Positions 5,820 to 16,223 are shown, counted from the stretch's first letter. The stretch is 64,000 nt of DNA from Pseudomonadota bacterium (GCA_018241685.1 JAFEDJ010000019.1:1265-65264); one strand, 5' to 3'. Numbers and translations: made by a program. The notes: generated by a model not told the origin, from the sequence alone.

Positions 5820-8800
5820 ATGTTGCGTCATCTATCGCGTCGCGGTTTCGGGCTGGTGCCCTTGCTGCTGGTGCTTGCCGCGCTCGCTGCGGCGGGTGTG
5901 TTTGTCGCCAAGACGCAGCAATCCGATGAGGCGGAGTCTGTGGACGGGCCGTTCCAGATTGCGGATTTCGCCAATCGTGACTTCGAGGGCTCGCCGGCGC
6001 TGGCGCTGAGCTTCACGCATCCGATGGATGCGCGGCGGGATTACGACGGGGCGATCCAGGTGTTCGAGATGCCGCCCCGCACGGGTGAGGCCAAGCCGCA
6101 CACTCAAGACGACGAGGACGCCGACAATCAGGGCGAGGGCACGCCCGGCAGCGGCAATCCGCAGGTCAGTACGGCCCCGGCGGATGTGGCGATCGACGGC
6201 GGCAAGCTGGTGAAGGGCGCCTGGGTGGTGGGGGACAACCCGCGCATCCTGTATTTCCCGCACATCAAGCCGCAAACCCGTTACGTGGTGCGCGTGGCGG
6301 CGGGGCTGCCGTCGAAGGCCGGCCAGACGTTGGCGGAAGCCAGCAGTTATTCGGTGGTCACCGCCGTCGTCTCGCCGGCCTATTACTTCGCCAGCCGTGG
6401 CATGGTGCTGCCGGCCAAGCAGAACGGCGGGCTGCCGGTGGTCACGGTCAACGTGCCGGAGGTGGATGTCCAGTTCCTTCGCGTCAAGCCGGACCAGTTG
6501 CCACGCTTCCTCGACAAGGTGATCAGCGGGCCGCGTCCGCAGCGGGGCAAGCGCCAGCAGAATAACGACGGCTACGATTACGATGAAGAGTACGACGGCG
6601 ACGAGGACTGGCGCGCGACCGATCTCAAGGGGGCTATCGACAACTGGTCGCTCGACAATTTGCACAGCCTGACGGAGAGCGTGTTCACCGGCCGCTTCCT
6701 GACCGAGCAGAAGCCCAACAAGCGCAACGTCACTTTCCTTCCGGTCGAGGACATCAAGGAGCTTCGCGAGCCCGGCATCTACATCGCGGTGATGAGCCAG
6801 CCGAACCGTTTCCGCTACGACTATCAGGTCACTTATTTCTATGTCAGCGATCTCGGCTTGAGTACCCGGCTGTTCGCCAAGGGGGCCGATGCCTACGTCA
6901 GCTCGCTGACCACCGGCAAGGCGATGGCGGGGGTCGAGGTGGCCTGGATGGATGAGAACGCCAAGGTCCTGGCGCGCGCCGAGACCGACAGCAACGGACG
7001 GGCCCCCTTTGCGGAGCGGCCGGCTGCCGCCAAGCTCATTCTGGCGCGTAACGGCCAGCAGATCTCGTTGATTGCACTGAAGGAGCCGGCGCTGGATCTT
7101 TCGGAATACGACATCGCGGGCCTGCCCGGTCGGCCTGTGCGCTTGTTTGCGTACTCCGGTCGCAACCTGTATCGACCGGGCGAGAGCTTCGATCTGTCCG
7201 TATTGGCGCGGGATGCGGACGGCCGCGCCGTACCGCCACAGCCGATCCAGGCCATCCTCAGGCGGCCGGACGGCAAGAGCCAGTTCACTGCCACCTGGCA
7301 ACCGGACGGCAAGCTGGGGGGCTATTACCAGAACCGCATCGCGCTGCCGGTGGATGCGCCGACAGGCTCATGGACGCTGGAGCTGCGTGCCGACCCGGCC
7401 GACAAGCTGGCCACCACCAGCTTCCGTTTCGGCGTCGAGGAGTTTTTGCCGGAGCGCATGAAGCTCGATCTGGCCAGCAAGCAGGCCACGGTGTCGCCCA
7501 ATGACACGCTGACCATCGCCGTCAAGGGTGCTTATCTCTACGGCGCGCCGGCGGCTGGCAACCAGTTGCTCGGGGTTGCCGTCTTCGAGCGCCAGAAGAA
7601 TCCGCTGGCTCAGAAGCTGCCCGGTTTCGAGTTTGGCGACACCAATGAGGAGAGCCAGCGCCAGCGCGTGGAACTGGACCAGAGCCAGCTCGACGAGAAC
7701 GGTGAGCTGGCGCTCGACGTGGATCTCGCGCCGGCCAAGGACAAGCGGTCGCCCTACACCGTGCGGACCACGCTGAGCCTGCTGGAGAGCGGCGGCCGGC
7801 CGGTGGTGCGCAATTTCGAGCGGGTGATCTGGCCGGCGCCGGTGTTGGTGGGTGTCCGCCCGCTGTTCACCGGCGACTACGCCCGCGAAGGCAGCATCGC
7901 GCAGTTCGAGGTGGTGCGCGCCAACGCCGAGGGCAAGTTGAGCGCAGGCAGCGGGCTGCCGGTGCGCCTGTTCCGCGAGAACCGCGATTACTACTGGCGC
8001 TTCGACGACCAGCGCGGCTGGCATTCGGGTTTCACGGAGACCGACGAACTGGTGAACACCGCGAGCGTCAGCATTCCCGATGGCGGACGCGGCAAGCTCG
8101 GTGTGCCGGTCAAATACGGGCGTTACCGCCTGGAGATCACCGATCCGGCCACGCAGCAGACGACGAAATACCGCTTCTACGCCGGCTGGAGCGCCCGTGG
8201 CGACGAAACCCAGGGCGTCCGTCCCGATCGTGTCGCACTGAAGTTCGACAAGCCGGCCTACCAGGATGGCGAGACCGCCAAGCTGAGCATCACGCCGCCG
8301 CACGCCGGTGAGGCGCTGATCACCGTCGAGGCGGACAAGACCCTGTGGGTCAGGCGCATCCCGGTGGCCCTTGATGGCACGACGGTCGAGATTCCGGTGG
8401 ACAAGGCGTGGAAGCGCCACGACCTGTATGTGTCGGTCAGCGTGCTGCGGCCGGGCAGTGCTGGCGAAAAGGTCACCCCGGCGCGGGCCTTGGGCCTGGC
8501 GCACCTGCCGCTTGAACGGGGCGAGCGCAAGCTGGCGGTGAGTCTCGATGCGCCGAAGAAGATGCTGCCGGACACGCGCCTCAAGGTGAAGGTCAAGGCG
8601 CCCGGCGCTGCCGGCCAGCAGGCGGTGGTCACGCTGTCCGCCGTCGATGTGGGCATCCTCAACATCACGCGCTACACGACGCCCGACCCGCACGGCCACT
8701 TCTTCGGCAAGCTGCGTTACGGCGCCGACCAGTACGACGTGTACGGCCGTCTGATCGAGAAGATGGGCGGCCAGAAGGGCAAGCTCAAGTTCGGTGGCGA

Positions 8801-10964
8801 TGCCGCGCCGAAGGCGACCAAGAGCCTGCCCAAGAAGGTGCGCCTGGTGGATCTGTTCTCCGGGCCGGTGCTGCTCAACGCGCAGGGCGAAGCCGAGATC
8901 GCCCTCGACGTGCCTGATTTCAACGGCACGCTGCGCCTGATGGCGGTGGTCGCGGCACCCGAGAAGTTCGGCAACGCCGAGGCGGAGACGGTTGTTGCCG
9001 CGCCGCTGGTGGCCGAGCTGATGACGCCGCGCTTCCTGACGGTAGGTGACAACGCCACCATCGCCCTCGACCTGCACAACCTGTCCGGTGCGGCGCAGAA
9101 GCTCAAGGTGCGCATCGAGAATGCGGACGGCCTGAAGATCCAGAACGCCGAGCGCGAGCTGGACCTCAAGGATCAGCAGAAGCAGACGCTGCGCTTCCCG
9201 CTCGAAGCGGGCAACGCCTTCGGCCTGACCGATGTGCGGGTCCACGTCAGCAGCGTTGCCGGCCTCAAGCTGGAGCGCAGCTTCGGCCTGCAGGTCCAGG
9301 CGGCGACGCCGCAACAGCAGGTGCTCAAGCTGCTTGCCGTCGGGCCGGGCGAGACGGTGGAGGTGAAGGACGCGGAACTGGGCGGCTTCATCCGGAGCAC
9401 CGTGCAATCGCATCTGGTGCTCTCCAACAAGGCGCCGATCGACGTGCGCAGCGCCATCCAGGGGCTGCTGACCTATCCCTACGGCTGCGCAGAGCAGACG
9501 ACCAGCACGGCCTACCCGCATGTGCTGATCGACGAGGAGGGGGCCCGGCTGTTCGGGCTCAAGGCCTACACCCGCGCGCAGCGGGAAGACATGCTGGAGA
9601 AGGCCATCGCCCGGCTTGGCGCGATGCAGGCGCCGAACGGCGGCTTCAGCCTGTGGGGCAATGTGTCCGAGTACCAGTACTGGCTGTCGGCCTATGTCGG
9701 CAACTTCCTGCTCGATGCCCGCGAACAGGGCTTCCAGGTGCCGGAGGCGATGCAGAAGAAGACCCAGGAATTCCTGCTCAAGTATCTGCAGGAAGGCGTG
9801 GCCGGTCTGCCGACCGGCAAGCTGAGCTACAACGAGAACGGCTGGCAGGATTACCGCTTCGGCGGTTCCGGCCGTTTCGGCGTGCTTGCCTACGGCGCCT
9901 ATGTGCTGGCTCGTGAATCCAAGGCGCCGCTGTCCACGCTGCGCCAGATGTTCGAGGTCCGCAGCCAGGCGCACTCGGGGCTGGCCCTGGTGCAGCTCGG
10001 CCTGGCGCTCAAGCTGATGGGCGATGAAACCCGTGCCCAGACGGCGCTCGCCGAAGGTGTGAAAAAGAGCCGTGACAATGGCTACTGGTGGGGTGACTAC
10101 GGCAGCCCGCTGCGGGATGCGGCGCTGTCCTACGCGCTGCTCGACCGCCACAAGGTGAAGGTCGACGGCCGTGACAATCTGGTTGCCGTTGCTGCCGCCG
10201 AACTGGGCAAGAACCGTTACACCAGCACCCAGGAGAAGCTCGCGCTGTTCCTGCTCGGCCGCAACTTCACCAAGGCCGGCGAAGGCGAGGGCGGGTGGAC
10301 GGCGGAAGTGCTCGGCAAGGACACGCCGGAAGTCATCAACGGTGCTGGCACGCTGATCCGGCCGCTGTCGGCAACGGCCTTGCAGGGCGGCGTTCGTATC
10401 CGGAACACCTACAAGGACAAGCTCTACCTGCAACTCAGCCTGAGCGGCAATCCGGCGAAGATGCCGGCCAACCGCGACGACGCCATCGCATTGAGCCGCG
10501 ACCTGTTCGAAGCCGACGGCACGCCGCTGAAGAGCCGCACGCTGAAGGTTGGTGAATCGGTCATCGTGCGCATCAAGGTCAATCCGCACAGCTGGGTCAA
10601 TACCGGCATGGTGGTGGACCACATCCCGGCCGGCCTGGAGATCGAGAACCTCAATATCGTCCAGGGTGAAGGCATGGGCAGCACGACGATCGAGGGCATC
10701 AACCCGGCCGAGGCGATGCAGGACCCGCGCATCCAGCACGTCGAGTTCCGCGATGACCGCTTCGTGGTGGCCGCCCGGCTGCACGGCAAGCTCAGCCTGT
10801 TCTACCGCGCACGGGTCGTCACCCCCGGCAAGTTCGTCTTCCCACCGCTGTACGCCGAGGACATGTACCGCCCGGATGTCTATGGCCTTAGCACTGGCGA
10901 GGCGACCCTGACGGTGAGCGACGGCAAGGACAAGCCGGCTGCCGCAGCGCCGGCCAAACCGTAA
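5820..10964 (+). CDS. yfhM: Bacterial alpha-2-macroglobulin (YfhM/MG2 family)
   Basis: About 1715 aa; YRPGE MG2 motif, VEEFLPERM, thioester motif YPYGCAEQ, C-terminal MYRP; paired with pbpC. Confidence 0.95.
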   Translation: MLRHLSRRGFGLVPLLLVLAALAAAGVFVAKTQQSDEAESVDGPFQIADFANRDFEGSPALALSFTHPMDARRDYDGAIQVFEMPPRTGEAKPHTQDDEDADNQGEGTPGSGNPQVSTAPADVAIDGGKLVKGAWVVGDNPRILYFPHIKPQTRYVVRVAAGLPSKAGQTLAEASSYSVVTAVVSPAYYFASRGMVLPAKQNGGLPVVTVNVPEVDVQFLRVKPDQLPRFLDKVISGPRPQRGKRQQNNDGYDYDEEYDGDEDWRATDLKGAIDNWSLDNLHSLTESVFTGRFLTEQKPNKRNVTFLPVEDIKELREPGIYIAVMSQPNRFRYDYQVTYFYVSDLGLSTRLFAKGADAYVSSLTTGKAMAGVEVAWMDENAKVLARAETDSNGRAPFAERPAAAKLILARNGQQISLIALKEPALDLSEYDIAGLPGRPVRLFAYSGRNLYRPGESFDLSVLARDADGRAVPPQPIQAILRRPDGKSQFTATWQPDGKLGGYYQNRIALPVDAPTGSWTLELRADPADKLATTSFRFGVEEFLPERMKLDLASKQATVSPNDTLTIAVKGAYLYGAPAAGNQLLGVAVFERQKNPLAQKLPGFEFGDTNEESQRQRVELDQSQLDENGELALDVDLAPAKDKRSPYTVRTTLSLLESGGRPVVRNFERVIWPAPVLVGVRPLFTGDYAREGSIAQFEVVRANAEGKLSAGSGLPVRLFRENRDYYWRFDDQRGWHSGFTETDELVNTASVSIPDGGRGKLGVPVKYGRYRLEITDPATQQTTKYRFYAGWSARGDETQGVRPDRVALKFDKPAYQDGETAKLSITPPHAGEALITVEADKTLWVRRIPVALDGTTVEIPVDKAWKRHDLYVSVSVLRPGSAGEKVTPARALGLAHLPLERGERKLAVSLDAPKKMLPDTRLKVKVKAPGAAGQQAVVTLSAVDVGILNITRYTTPDPHGHFFGKLRYGADQYDVYGRLIEKMGGQKGKLKFGGDAAPKATKSLPKKVRLVDLFSGPVLLNAQGEAEIALDVPDFNGTLRLMAVVAAPEKFGNAEAETVVAAPLVAELMTPRFLTVGDNATIALDLHNLSGAAQKLKVRIENADGLKIQNAERELDLKDQQKQTLRFPLEAGNAFGLTDVRVHVSSVAGLKLERSFGLQVQAATPQQQVLKLLAVGPGETVEVKDAELGGFIRSTVQSHLVLSNKAPIDVRSAIQGLLTYPYGCAEQTTSTAYPHVLIDEEGARLFGLKAYTRAQREDMLEKAIARLGAMQAPNGGFSLWGNVSEYQYWLSAYVGNFLLDAREQGFQVPEAMQKKTQEFLLKYLQEGVAGLPTGKLSYNENGWQDYRFGGSGRFGVLAYGAYVLARESKAPLSTLRQMFEVRSQAHSGLALVQLGLALKLMGDETRAQTALAEGVKKSRDNGYWWGDYGSPLRDAALSYALLDRHKVKVDGRDNLVAVAAAELGKNRYTSTQEKLALFLLGRNFTKAGEGEGGWTAEVLGKDTPEVINGAGTLIRPLSATALQGGVRIRNTYKDKLYLQLSLSGNPAKMPANRDDAIALSRDLFEADGTPLKSRTLKVGESVIVRIKVNPHSWVNTGMVVDHIPAGLEIENLNIVQGEGMGSTTIEGINPAEAMQDPRIQHVEFRDDRFVVAARLHGKLSLFYRARVVTPGKFVFPPLYAEDMYRPDVYGLSTGEATLTVSDGKDKPAAAAPAKP

Positions 10965-10967
10965 GGC

Positions 10968-13313
10968 ATGACGCAACGCGCAGCATGGTGGATTGCCGGG
11001 CGCGGATGGCTGAGACGCCGTCCGCGCTGGCAGTGGGGTGTGTTGCTCGCGCTGCTCGTATTGGCTGGGCTGGACCATGCTTTTCCACCGCCGGTGCCCG
11101 GCCGTGATGCGCCGAACGCGCTGCTCATCGTCGCCCGCGACGGCACACCGCTGCGGGCCTTTCCGGATCGCGACCATGTGTGGCGCCATCCGGTGGCGCT
11201 GGCGGATGTATCGCCGCTCTATCTTGAGGCGCTGGAGCGCTACGAGGACCGCTGGTTCCGCTGGCATCCTGGCGTCAATCCGCTGGCCCTGACGCGGGCG
11301 GCGTGGCAGTGGCTGCGCCATGGGCGCATCGTCTCCGGCGGTTCGACGCTGACCATGCAGGTCGCCCGCATCATCGAGCCGACGCCGCGGACGCTGCTTG
11401 GCAAGGGCCGGCAGATCCTGCGCGCGCTGCAGCTCGAGCTGCACTATTCGAAGGACGAGATCCTCGCCCTCTACGTCAATTACGCGCCGATGGGCGGCGT
11501 GCTCGAAGGGGTCGAGGCGGCCAGCCGGGCTTATCTCGGCAAGCCGGCCAAACGCTTGAGCCACGCGGATGCGGCGCTGCTGACCGTGCTGCCGCAGATG
11601 CCGTCGCGCCTGCGGCCGGATCGTCAGCCGGCCCGGGCGCGGGTGGCGCGCGACAAGGTGGTGCACCGCATGGCCGGTGTGTGGCCGGACAGCGACATCC
11701 GCGATGCGCTGCAGGAGCCGATCATCGCCCAGACGGCGCGCGATCCGCTGCTTGCGCCCTTGCTCGCCGAGCGGCTGCGCAAGGACGCGCGTGGCCGGCA
11801 GCGTATCGACACGACCATCGACGCCCAGACCCAGCAGACCGTCGAGCTGCTGCTCACCAGCCGGCTCGCCGCCTTGCCGCCGCGGGTGTCGATGGCTGCG
11901 CTGGTGGTGGATAACGCAACGCTGGAGGTTCGCGCTTATGCGGGCTCGGCCGATTTCGGCGATACCGACCGCTTCGCCTTCGTGGACATGGTGCGTGCGT
12001 CGCGGTCGCCCGGCTCGACGCTCAAACCCTTCCTGTACGGGCTGGCGCTCGATGAAGGGCTGATCCATTCGGAGTCCCTGCTTGCCGATGTGCCGCAATC
12101 CTTCGGCGGCTATCAGCCGGGCAATTTCCAGCAGTCCTTCCACGGGGCGGTTAGCGTGTCCGAAGCCTTGAGCAAGTCCCTCAACGTGCCGGCCGTCGAG
12201 GTGCTCGACCGGCTGGAGCCGGGCCGTTTCGTCGCCGCCCTGCGGCGGGGTGGCCTGAAGCTGGATTTTCCCAAAGGCGAAGCGCCCAACCTGTCGGTGA
12301 TCCTCGGCGGTGCCGGTACGACGCTCGAGCAACTGGTCGGCGCCTACACGGCCTTTGCCCGCGAGGGGGTTTCCGGTAAGCCGCGTTACCGAACGGATGA
12401 ACCGCTGGTCGAACAGCGCATGCTGTCGCCCGGCGCGGCCTTCATCATCCGCGATGTGCTCGAATCCGGCGGACCGGTGGGCCGCGCGGTCGAGCAGGGG
12501 CCGGGCATCCGCCGCGGCATTGCGTGGAAGACCGGGACCAGCTTCGGCTTCCGCGATGCGTGGTCGATCGGCGTGTCGGACCGCTATACGGTCGGTGTGT
12601 GGATCGGCCGCCCGGACGGCACGCCGAACCCCGGTTTCTTCGGCGCCAACATCGCGGCGCCGCTGTTGGTCGATATCTTCTCGGCAGTGGATGGTCAGCC
12701 GGCTACGACCCGAACGCCGCCGCCTTCCGTGCATCAGGAAAAGATCTGCTGGCCGCTCGGCACGCGTTTTCAGCCGGAGGAAGAGGCCCTCTGCCATCGC
12801 CAGGCTATCGCCTGGGTGCTCAACGACACCGCGCCGCCAACCTTTCCCGACCGGCTGCGCAGCGGCGAGATGCGCTACGCCTACGAGGTCGACGCGGTCA
12901 GCGGCTTGCGCGTCACGGCGGCGTGCAGCACCCGCCCGCGCCGCCAGGTCGAGGCCGTGCATTGGCCGACCGCGCTGGACCCGTGGCTGAGCTCCGATCT
13001 GCGCGCCAAGGCGCAGCCGCCGGCGTGGGATGCCGGTTGTCAGAAGCAGGCCGAGCCGGACGCTGGTCTGAGCATCGTCGGTCTGAGCAGCGGTGAGGTG
13101 ATCAAGCGTCCGCGCCCTGATCAGGCGCCGGTGATCCGCCTCGAACTGCGCGGTCAGCGTGGGCAGGTTTATTGGCTGATCAACGGCCGGCTGGTCGCTC
13201 ACCGGCCCGCCACCCAGCCCTTGATTCAAACTCTGACCGAAACCGGCCGTGTCGACATCACCGCGATGGATGAGCAGGGCCGTTACGACCGGATCAGCGT
13301 CAGCGTGCGCTGA
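10968..13313 (+). CDS. pbpC: Penicillin-binding protein 1C
   Basis: EDRWF and GGSTLTMQVAR transglycosylase motifs, SxxK (GSTLKPF), SLN, KTGTS and a C-terminal PBP1C domain. Confidence 0.95.
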   Translation: MTQRAAWWIAGRGWLRRRPRWQWGVLLALLVLAGLDHAFPPPVPGRDAPNALLIVARDGTPLRAFPDRDHVWRHPVALADVSPLYLEALERYEDRWFRWHPGVNPLALTRAAWQWLRHGRIVSGGSTLTMQVARIIEPTPRTLLGKGRQILRALQLELHYSKDEILALYVNYAPMGGVLEGVEAASRAYLGKPAKRLSHADAALLTVLPQMPSRLRPDRQPARARVARDKVVHRMAGVWPDSDIRDALQEPIIAQTARDPLLAPLLAERLRKDARGRQRIDTTIDAQTQQTVELLLTSRLAALPPRVSMAALVVDNATLEVRAYAGSADFGDTDRFAFVDMVRASRSPGSTLKPFLYGLALDEGLIHSESLLADVPQSFGGYQPGNFQQSFHGAVSVSEALSKSLNVPAVEVLDRLEPGRFVAALRRGGLKLDFPKGEAPNLSVILGGAGTTLEQLVGAYTAFAREGVSGKPRYRTDEPLVEQRMLSPGAAFIIRDVLESGGPVGRAVEQGPGIRRGIAWKTGTSFGFRDAWSIGVSDRYTVGVWIGRPDGTPNPGFFGANIAAPLLVDIFSAVDGQPATTRTPPPSVHQEKICWPLGTRFQPEEEALCHRQAIAWVLNDTAPPTFPDRLRSGEMRYAYEVDAVSGLRVTAACSTRPRRQVEAVHWPTALDPWLSSDLRAKAQPPAWDAGCQKQAEPDAGLSIVGLSSGEVIKRPRPDQAPVIRLELRGQRGQVYWLINGRLVAHRPATQPLIQTLTETGRVDITAMDEQGRYDRISVSVR

Positions 13314-13331
13314 GGGCGCCGCCTCCGCGTG

Positions 13332-14429
13332 TCAGCCCTGTTGTTCAGTCGACAGCGGGTGGGTTTCCTGTTTGGGCGGGAAGATGGCCTTGTGCGCCAG
13401 ATGGTAGGCCAGCAGCAGCGGTGGCATGCGCAGCCAGTGGGCACGGATGTAGAGGCTGCGGCGTGCCAGCGGGGTGAAGCGATCGGCGGTGCTCGGGTGT
13501 TGCGGGCACAGTACGCGGGCGTAGATGCCGTCGAGCATGCGCTGGACGATGCCCGTGTCGGCGAGGCAGCGGCTGCGGGCCGCGATGCGCTCGGGGAGCG
13601 GCGTGCCGAGCAGGCGGTGGCAATAGCGCAGCGCAAGGCGCAGCGGGCCGGATAGCTGAAGTTGTGCGGCCCGTTCGAGGAGCCCGTCCCAGGCGGTGTC
13701 GTCACGGGCCAGGTGGCGCAGCAGCAGATCGAGGTCGGTGAGGTCGCGCAGCAGGTTGTCCGGTTCGCCTTCGTGGAACAGATGCGAGGCGCTGTGCAGG
13801 ATCAGGTCGGGCAGCGACAGGGTGTGCACGCCGGGCAGATCGGGTAGGGCGACGCTGGCTTCGATCAGCAGGCGGGCATCGGGTTTGAGGCGGGCGGTCG
13901 GCGGCAAGATGGTGTGGTGTACGTCGAGCGCGGAGCCGCGGAAGACATGGCGCATCGCAGGCAGTTCGTGCATCCAGCGGCGGTAGTAGCGCTGGTCGTA
14001 GTCGTCGGTGGCGGTGCTGGCCCAGCCCTTGAGCATCAGTGCGGATTCGGCATCGCCGAGGCGCTCCTTCGGCAGCAGGATGTCCACGTCGGAGAACAGC
14101 CGGCCCTGGGCGGCGGGCAGTCCGGCGGCGACGTAGGCGGCGCCCTTCAGCAGGATCACCGTGATGCCGGCCGGTTTGAGCGCCTCGCGGAGGAAGCAGG
14201 CTTCCCGCCGGATCGCGTGGCGCTGTTCGCTCGCCATCACTGCGCCGGACAGCAGGTGGTTGTGAGGCTGCTCCGGAATGTCGGCTTCGACGCCAGCGCT
14301 CTGCAGGCGCAGGAACAGCCGGCCGACCAGGTTGGCATGGCGCGCCTGGCGGACGAGCAGATCCCAGTCGGCGGTGCCGAGACGGCGGATCGATTCGGGG
14401 TGGCGGTAGGTCTCGATGAGGAGGTTCAT
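13332..14429 (-). CDS. Nucleotidyltransferase family protein (NTP_transf_5-like)
   Basis: LLKGAAY, GRLFSDVDILL and LDVH motifs; ATG at 14429 overlaps the kinase stop (ATGA). Confidence 0.85.
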   Translation of the reverse strand: MNLLIETYRHPESIRRLGTADWDLLVRQARHANLVGRLFLRLQSAGVEADIPEQPHNHLLSGAVMASEQRHAIRREACFLREALKPAGITVILLKGAAYVAAGLPAAQGRLFSDVDILLPKERLGDAESALMLKGWASTATDDYDQRYYRRWMHELPAMRHVFRGSALDVHHTILPPTARLKPDARLLIEASVALPDLPGVHTLSLPDLILHSASHLFHEGEPDNLLRDLTDLDLLLRHLARDDTAWDGLLERAAQLQLSGPLRLALRYCHRLLGTPLPERIAARSRCLADTGIVQRMLDGIYARVLCPQHPSTADRFTPLARRSLYIRAHWLRMPPLLLAYHLAHKAIFPPKQETHPLSTEQQG

Positions 14430-15346
14430 TCGGCCATGCCCTCCGCGGCGAGGCGGTCGAACACTGCAATGGCGTCGTCGAGGCGGCTGTATTCGAAGCT
14501 GTAGTTGCGCGTCCGCTCGATGATGTCTCCGACCGCCTTGAAGCCGCGTGCGCCGAGCACGTGGTAGTTCATGGCGTTGTCGGCGAGTTGCATGAAGGCG
14601 GTGCCGCTGCCCATCGGGGTCAGCGTCGCGTCGGCGCCGGCGCGGTAGCGCGGAAGCACCATCCAGGCGGGATCGGCCCATTCGCCGACGGCCTCGACGC
14701 TGGCCTGGGTCGGCGCCATCAGCGCGACGGTGCCCTTGGTGGTGTCGAGTATCGGCCGGGTGAGGAAGGCATCGGGCGCGTAGGTGCGAATGATGTCGAT
14801 GGACGCGTTCTTCAGGTTCACCGGCCGGGCGAGGCCCATGATCTGGCCGGTGTCGAGGCGGATCAGCGTGAGTTCATCGGATAACAGGCGCCAGCCCCGG
14901 TTGACCAGTGCGGCGCACAGGGTGCTCTTGCCCGACCCCGGCGGTGCCGGGAGGATGGCCGCGTGCTTGCCGCGTGCGACCGAGGCTGCGTGGATGACCA
15001 GGATGTGGTGGCAGTAGGCCGTCACGCACCAGTTCAGGCCCCATTCGAGCATCGGCAAGGCCTGGCCGCGCGGTAGCGGCGTGAACGGCTCGACGGCATC
15101 GACGATGAAACGTGCCTGCGGTGCAATCCATCGACGCAGGCCATGGCCGGGCTGGACACCGACATGGAAGTCGATGAAGGGCTTGTCGTCGATCAGCGGA
15201 TGATGGGCGTAGAGCCGGGCGAGTTCATCGGCGAGCTCGGGAATTCCGCTCTGCAGGCGGCAGTTGAACGGTCCGGTGGCCAGTCGGATACCGTCTCCAC
15301 CTAGCCGCGCGCGGAATTCAGCCAGGGAAAGATCACGAATTTTCAA
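14426..15346 (-). CDS. HprK-related kinase A
   Basis: IHAASV, Walker A PGSGKST, GWRLLSDEL and LARPVNLK motifs. Confidence 0.9.
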   Translation of the reverse strand: MKIRDLSLAEFRARLGGDGIRLATGPFNCRLQSGIPELADELARLYAHHPLIDDKPFIDFHVGVQPGHGLRRWIAPQARFIVDAVEPFTPLPRGQALPMLEWGLNWCVTAYCHHILVIHAASVARGKHAAILPAPPGSGKSTLCAALVNRGWRLLSDELTLIRLDTGQIMGLARPVNLKNASIDIIRTYAPDAFLTRPILDTTKGTVALMAPTQASVEAVGEWADPAWMVLPRYRAGADATLTPMGSGTAFMQLADNAMNYHVLGARGFKAVGDIIERTRNYSFEYSRLDDAIAVFDRLAAEGMAE

Positions 15347-15665
15347 GGGAATGGCTCGGAGCGGCCTGAATCAGGCGGGCGCCGATCAGCGCGTCGAGGG
15401 CCGCCACAACGAGTTGCCGGCAATCCTCCGGGGCTGCATCGGGCTCTTCCTGGCAGATGGCGTGGATCAATTCGTCTTCGGAGCGCTGCCGGCCGGGAAC
15501 CGACAGCTGATCAAGCACGAATCGGGTGACCGGGGCGAGCAGAAGGGTTGCACCGGCTTGTGGGTCGTAGCGGACCCACCCTTCATCTACGTCTTTCCAG
15601 AGTACATCCGCCAAGCCTTCGAACAGGGTCTCGCTGGCGGAGTACCGGATGCCGGCCGGGACCAA
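15333..15665 (-). CDS. HPr-rel-A system PqqD-family peptide chaperone (RRE-like)
   Basis: About 110 aa; W.D.DEG.V.YDP..G.T.LL followed by helical L..L...LI; sits immediately upstream of the kinase. Confidence 0.8.
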   Translation of the reverse strand: MVPAGIRYSASETLFEGLADVLWKDVDEGWVRYDPQAGATLLLAPVTRFVLDQLSVPGRQRSEDELIHAICQEEPDAAPEDCRQLVVAALDALIGARLIQAAPSHSLENS

Positions 15666-15680
15666 AAGTCAGCGTCGCTA

Positions 15681-16223
15681 TCAGGGGAGCAGCACGTAGT
15701 CGAGGTAGGTTTCCACCTGAGCTGCATTCCACGTGACGCCCAGCGTAGGCTGGTAGGCATTGGCCACAACACCGGTGTCCCACATCTTCTTGACTTCGTC
15801 CGCGCTGAAGAGCGAGGTGCTGCCGACATTGGCGCTCAGCCAGGCGGCAACGATCTTGCGTTGGATCGACGAGCCGGAGGAGAGAATCTCGCGGAATGAT
15901 TTGGTAACTGTGGAGCTGAAGACTTCGTTGAACAGCTTGTCGAGAGTGGTGTCAGTGGGATTCTGGGTGGCGTAGGTGGTCCAGAAGCTGACGCCGTTCA
16001 CTTTGGTAGAGCAGGGCGTGGTGCCGTTGCGGCTGAGATTGCCGGAAGCAGAGAAGCCCGAAGGCCGCTTGCATTCTGCGGCAAGCGCCGGAACGCTCTT
16101 GAGTGCCATCAGAACAGGAGCGCCGGCCAGACCGGTTTTTATCAGCTTGCGGCGGGACAACAAGGGCGCTGCGGCGCTGCTGCCTTGTTGTGCGACCGAT
16201 TTTTCCGAGTGCTCCAGTTTCAT
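15681..16223 (-). CDS. Tat-like secreted protein with a conserved C..PSGF.SGN.S...C motif (candidate modification substrate)
   Basis: GAGG RBS; SRRKLIK twin-Arg motif, hydrophobic stretch and PALA-A cleavage site, then CKRPSGFSASGNLSRNGTTPC. Confidence 0.75.
   Translation of the reverse strand: MKLEHSEKSVAQQGSSAAAPLLSRRKLIKTGLAGAPVLMALKSVPALAAECKRPSGFSASGNLSRNGTTPCSTKVNGVSFWTTYATQNPTDTTLDKLFNEVFSSTVTKSFREILSSGSSIQRKIVAAWLSANVGSTSLFSADEVKKMWDTGVVANAYQPTLGVTWNAAQVETYLDYVLLP

Noticed and set aside
7368-13229. 1953-aa minus-strand ORF
   Set aside because: It is the antisense shadow of yfhM/pbpC, caused by GC-rich codon bias, and has no recognisable motifs.
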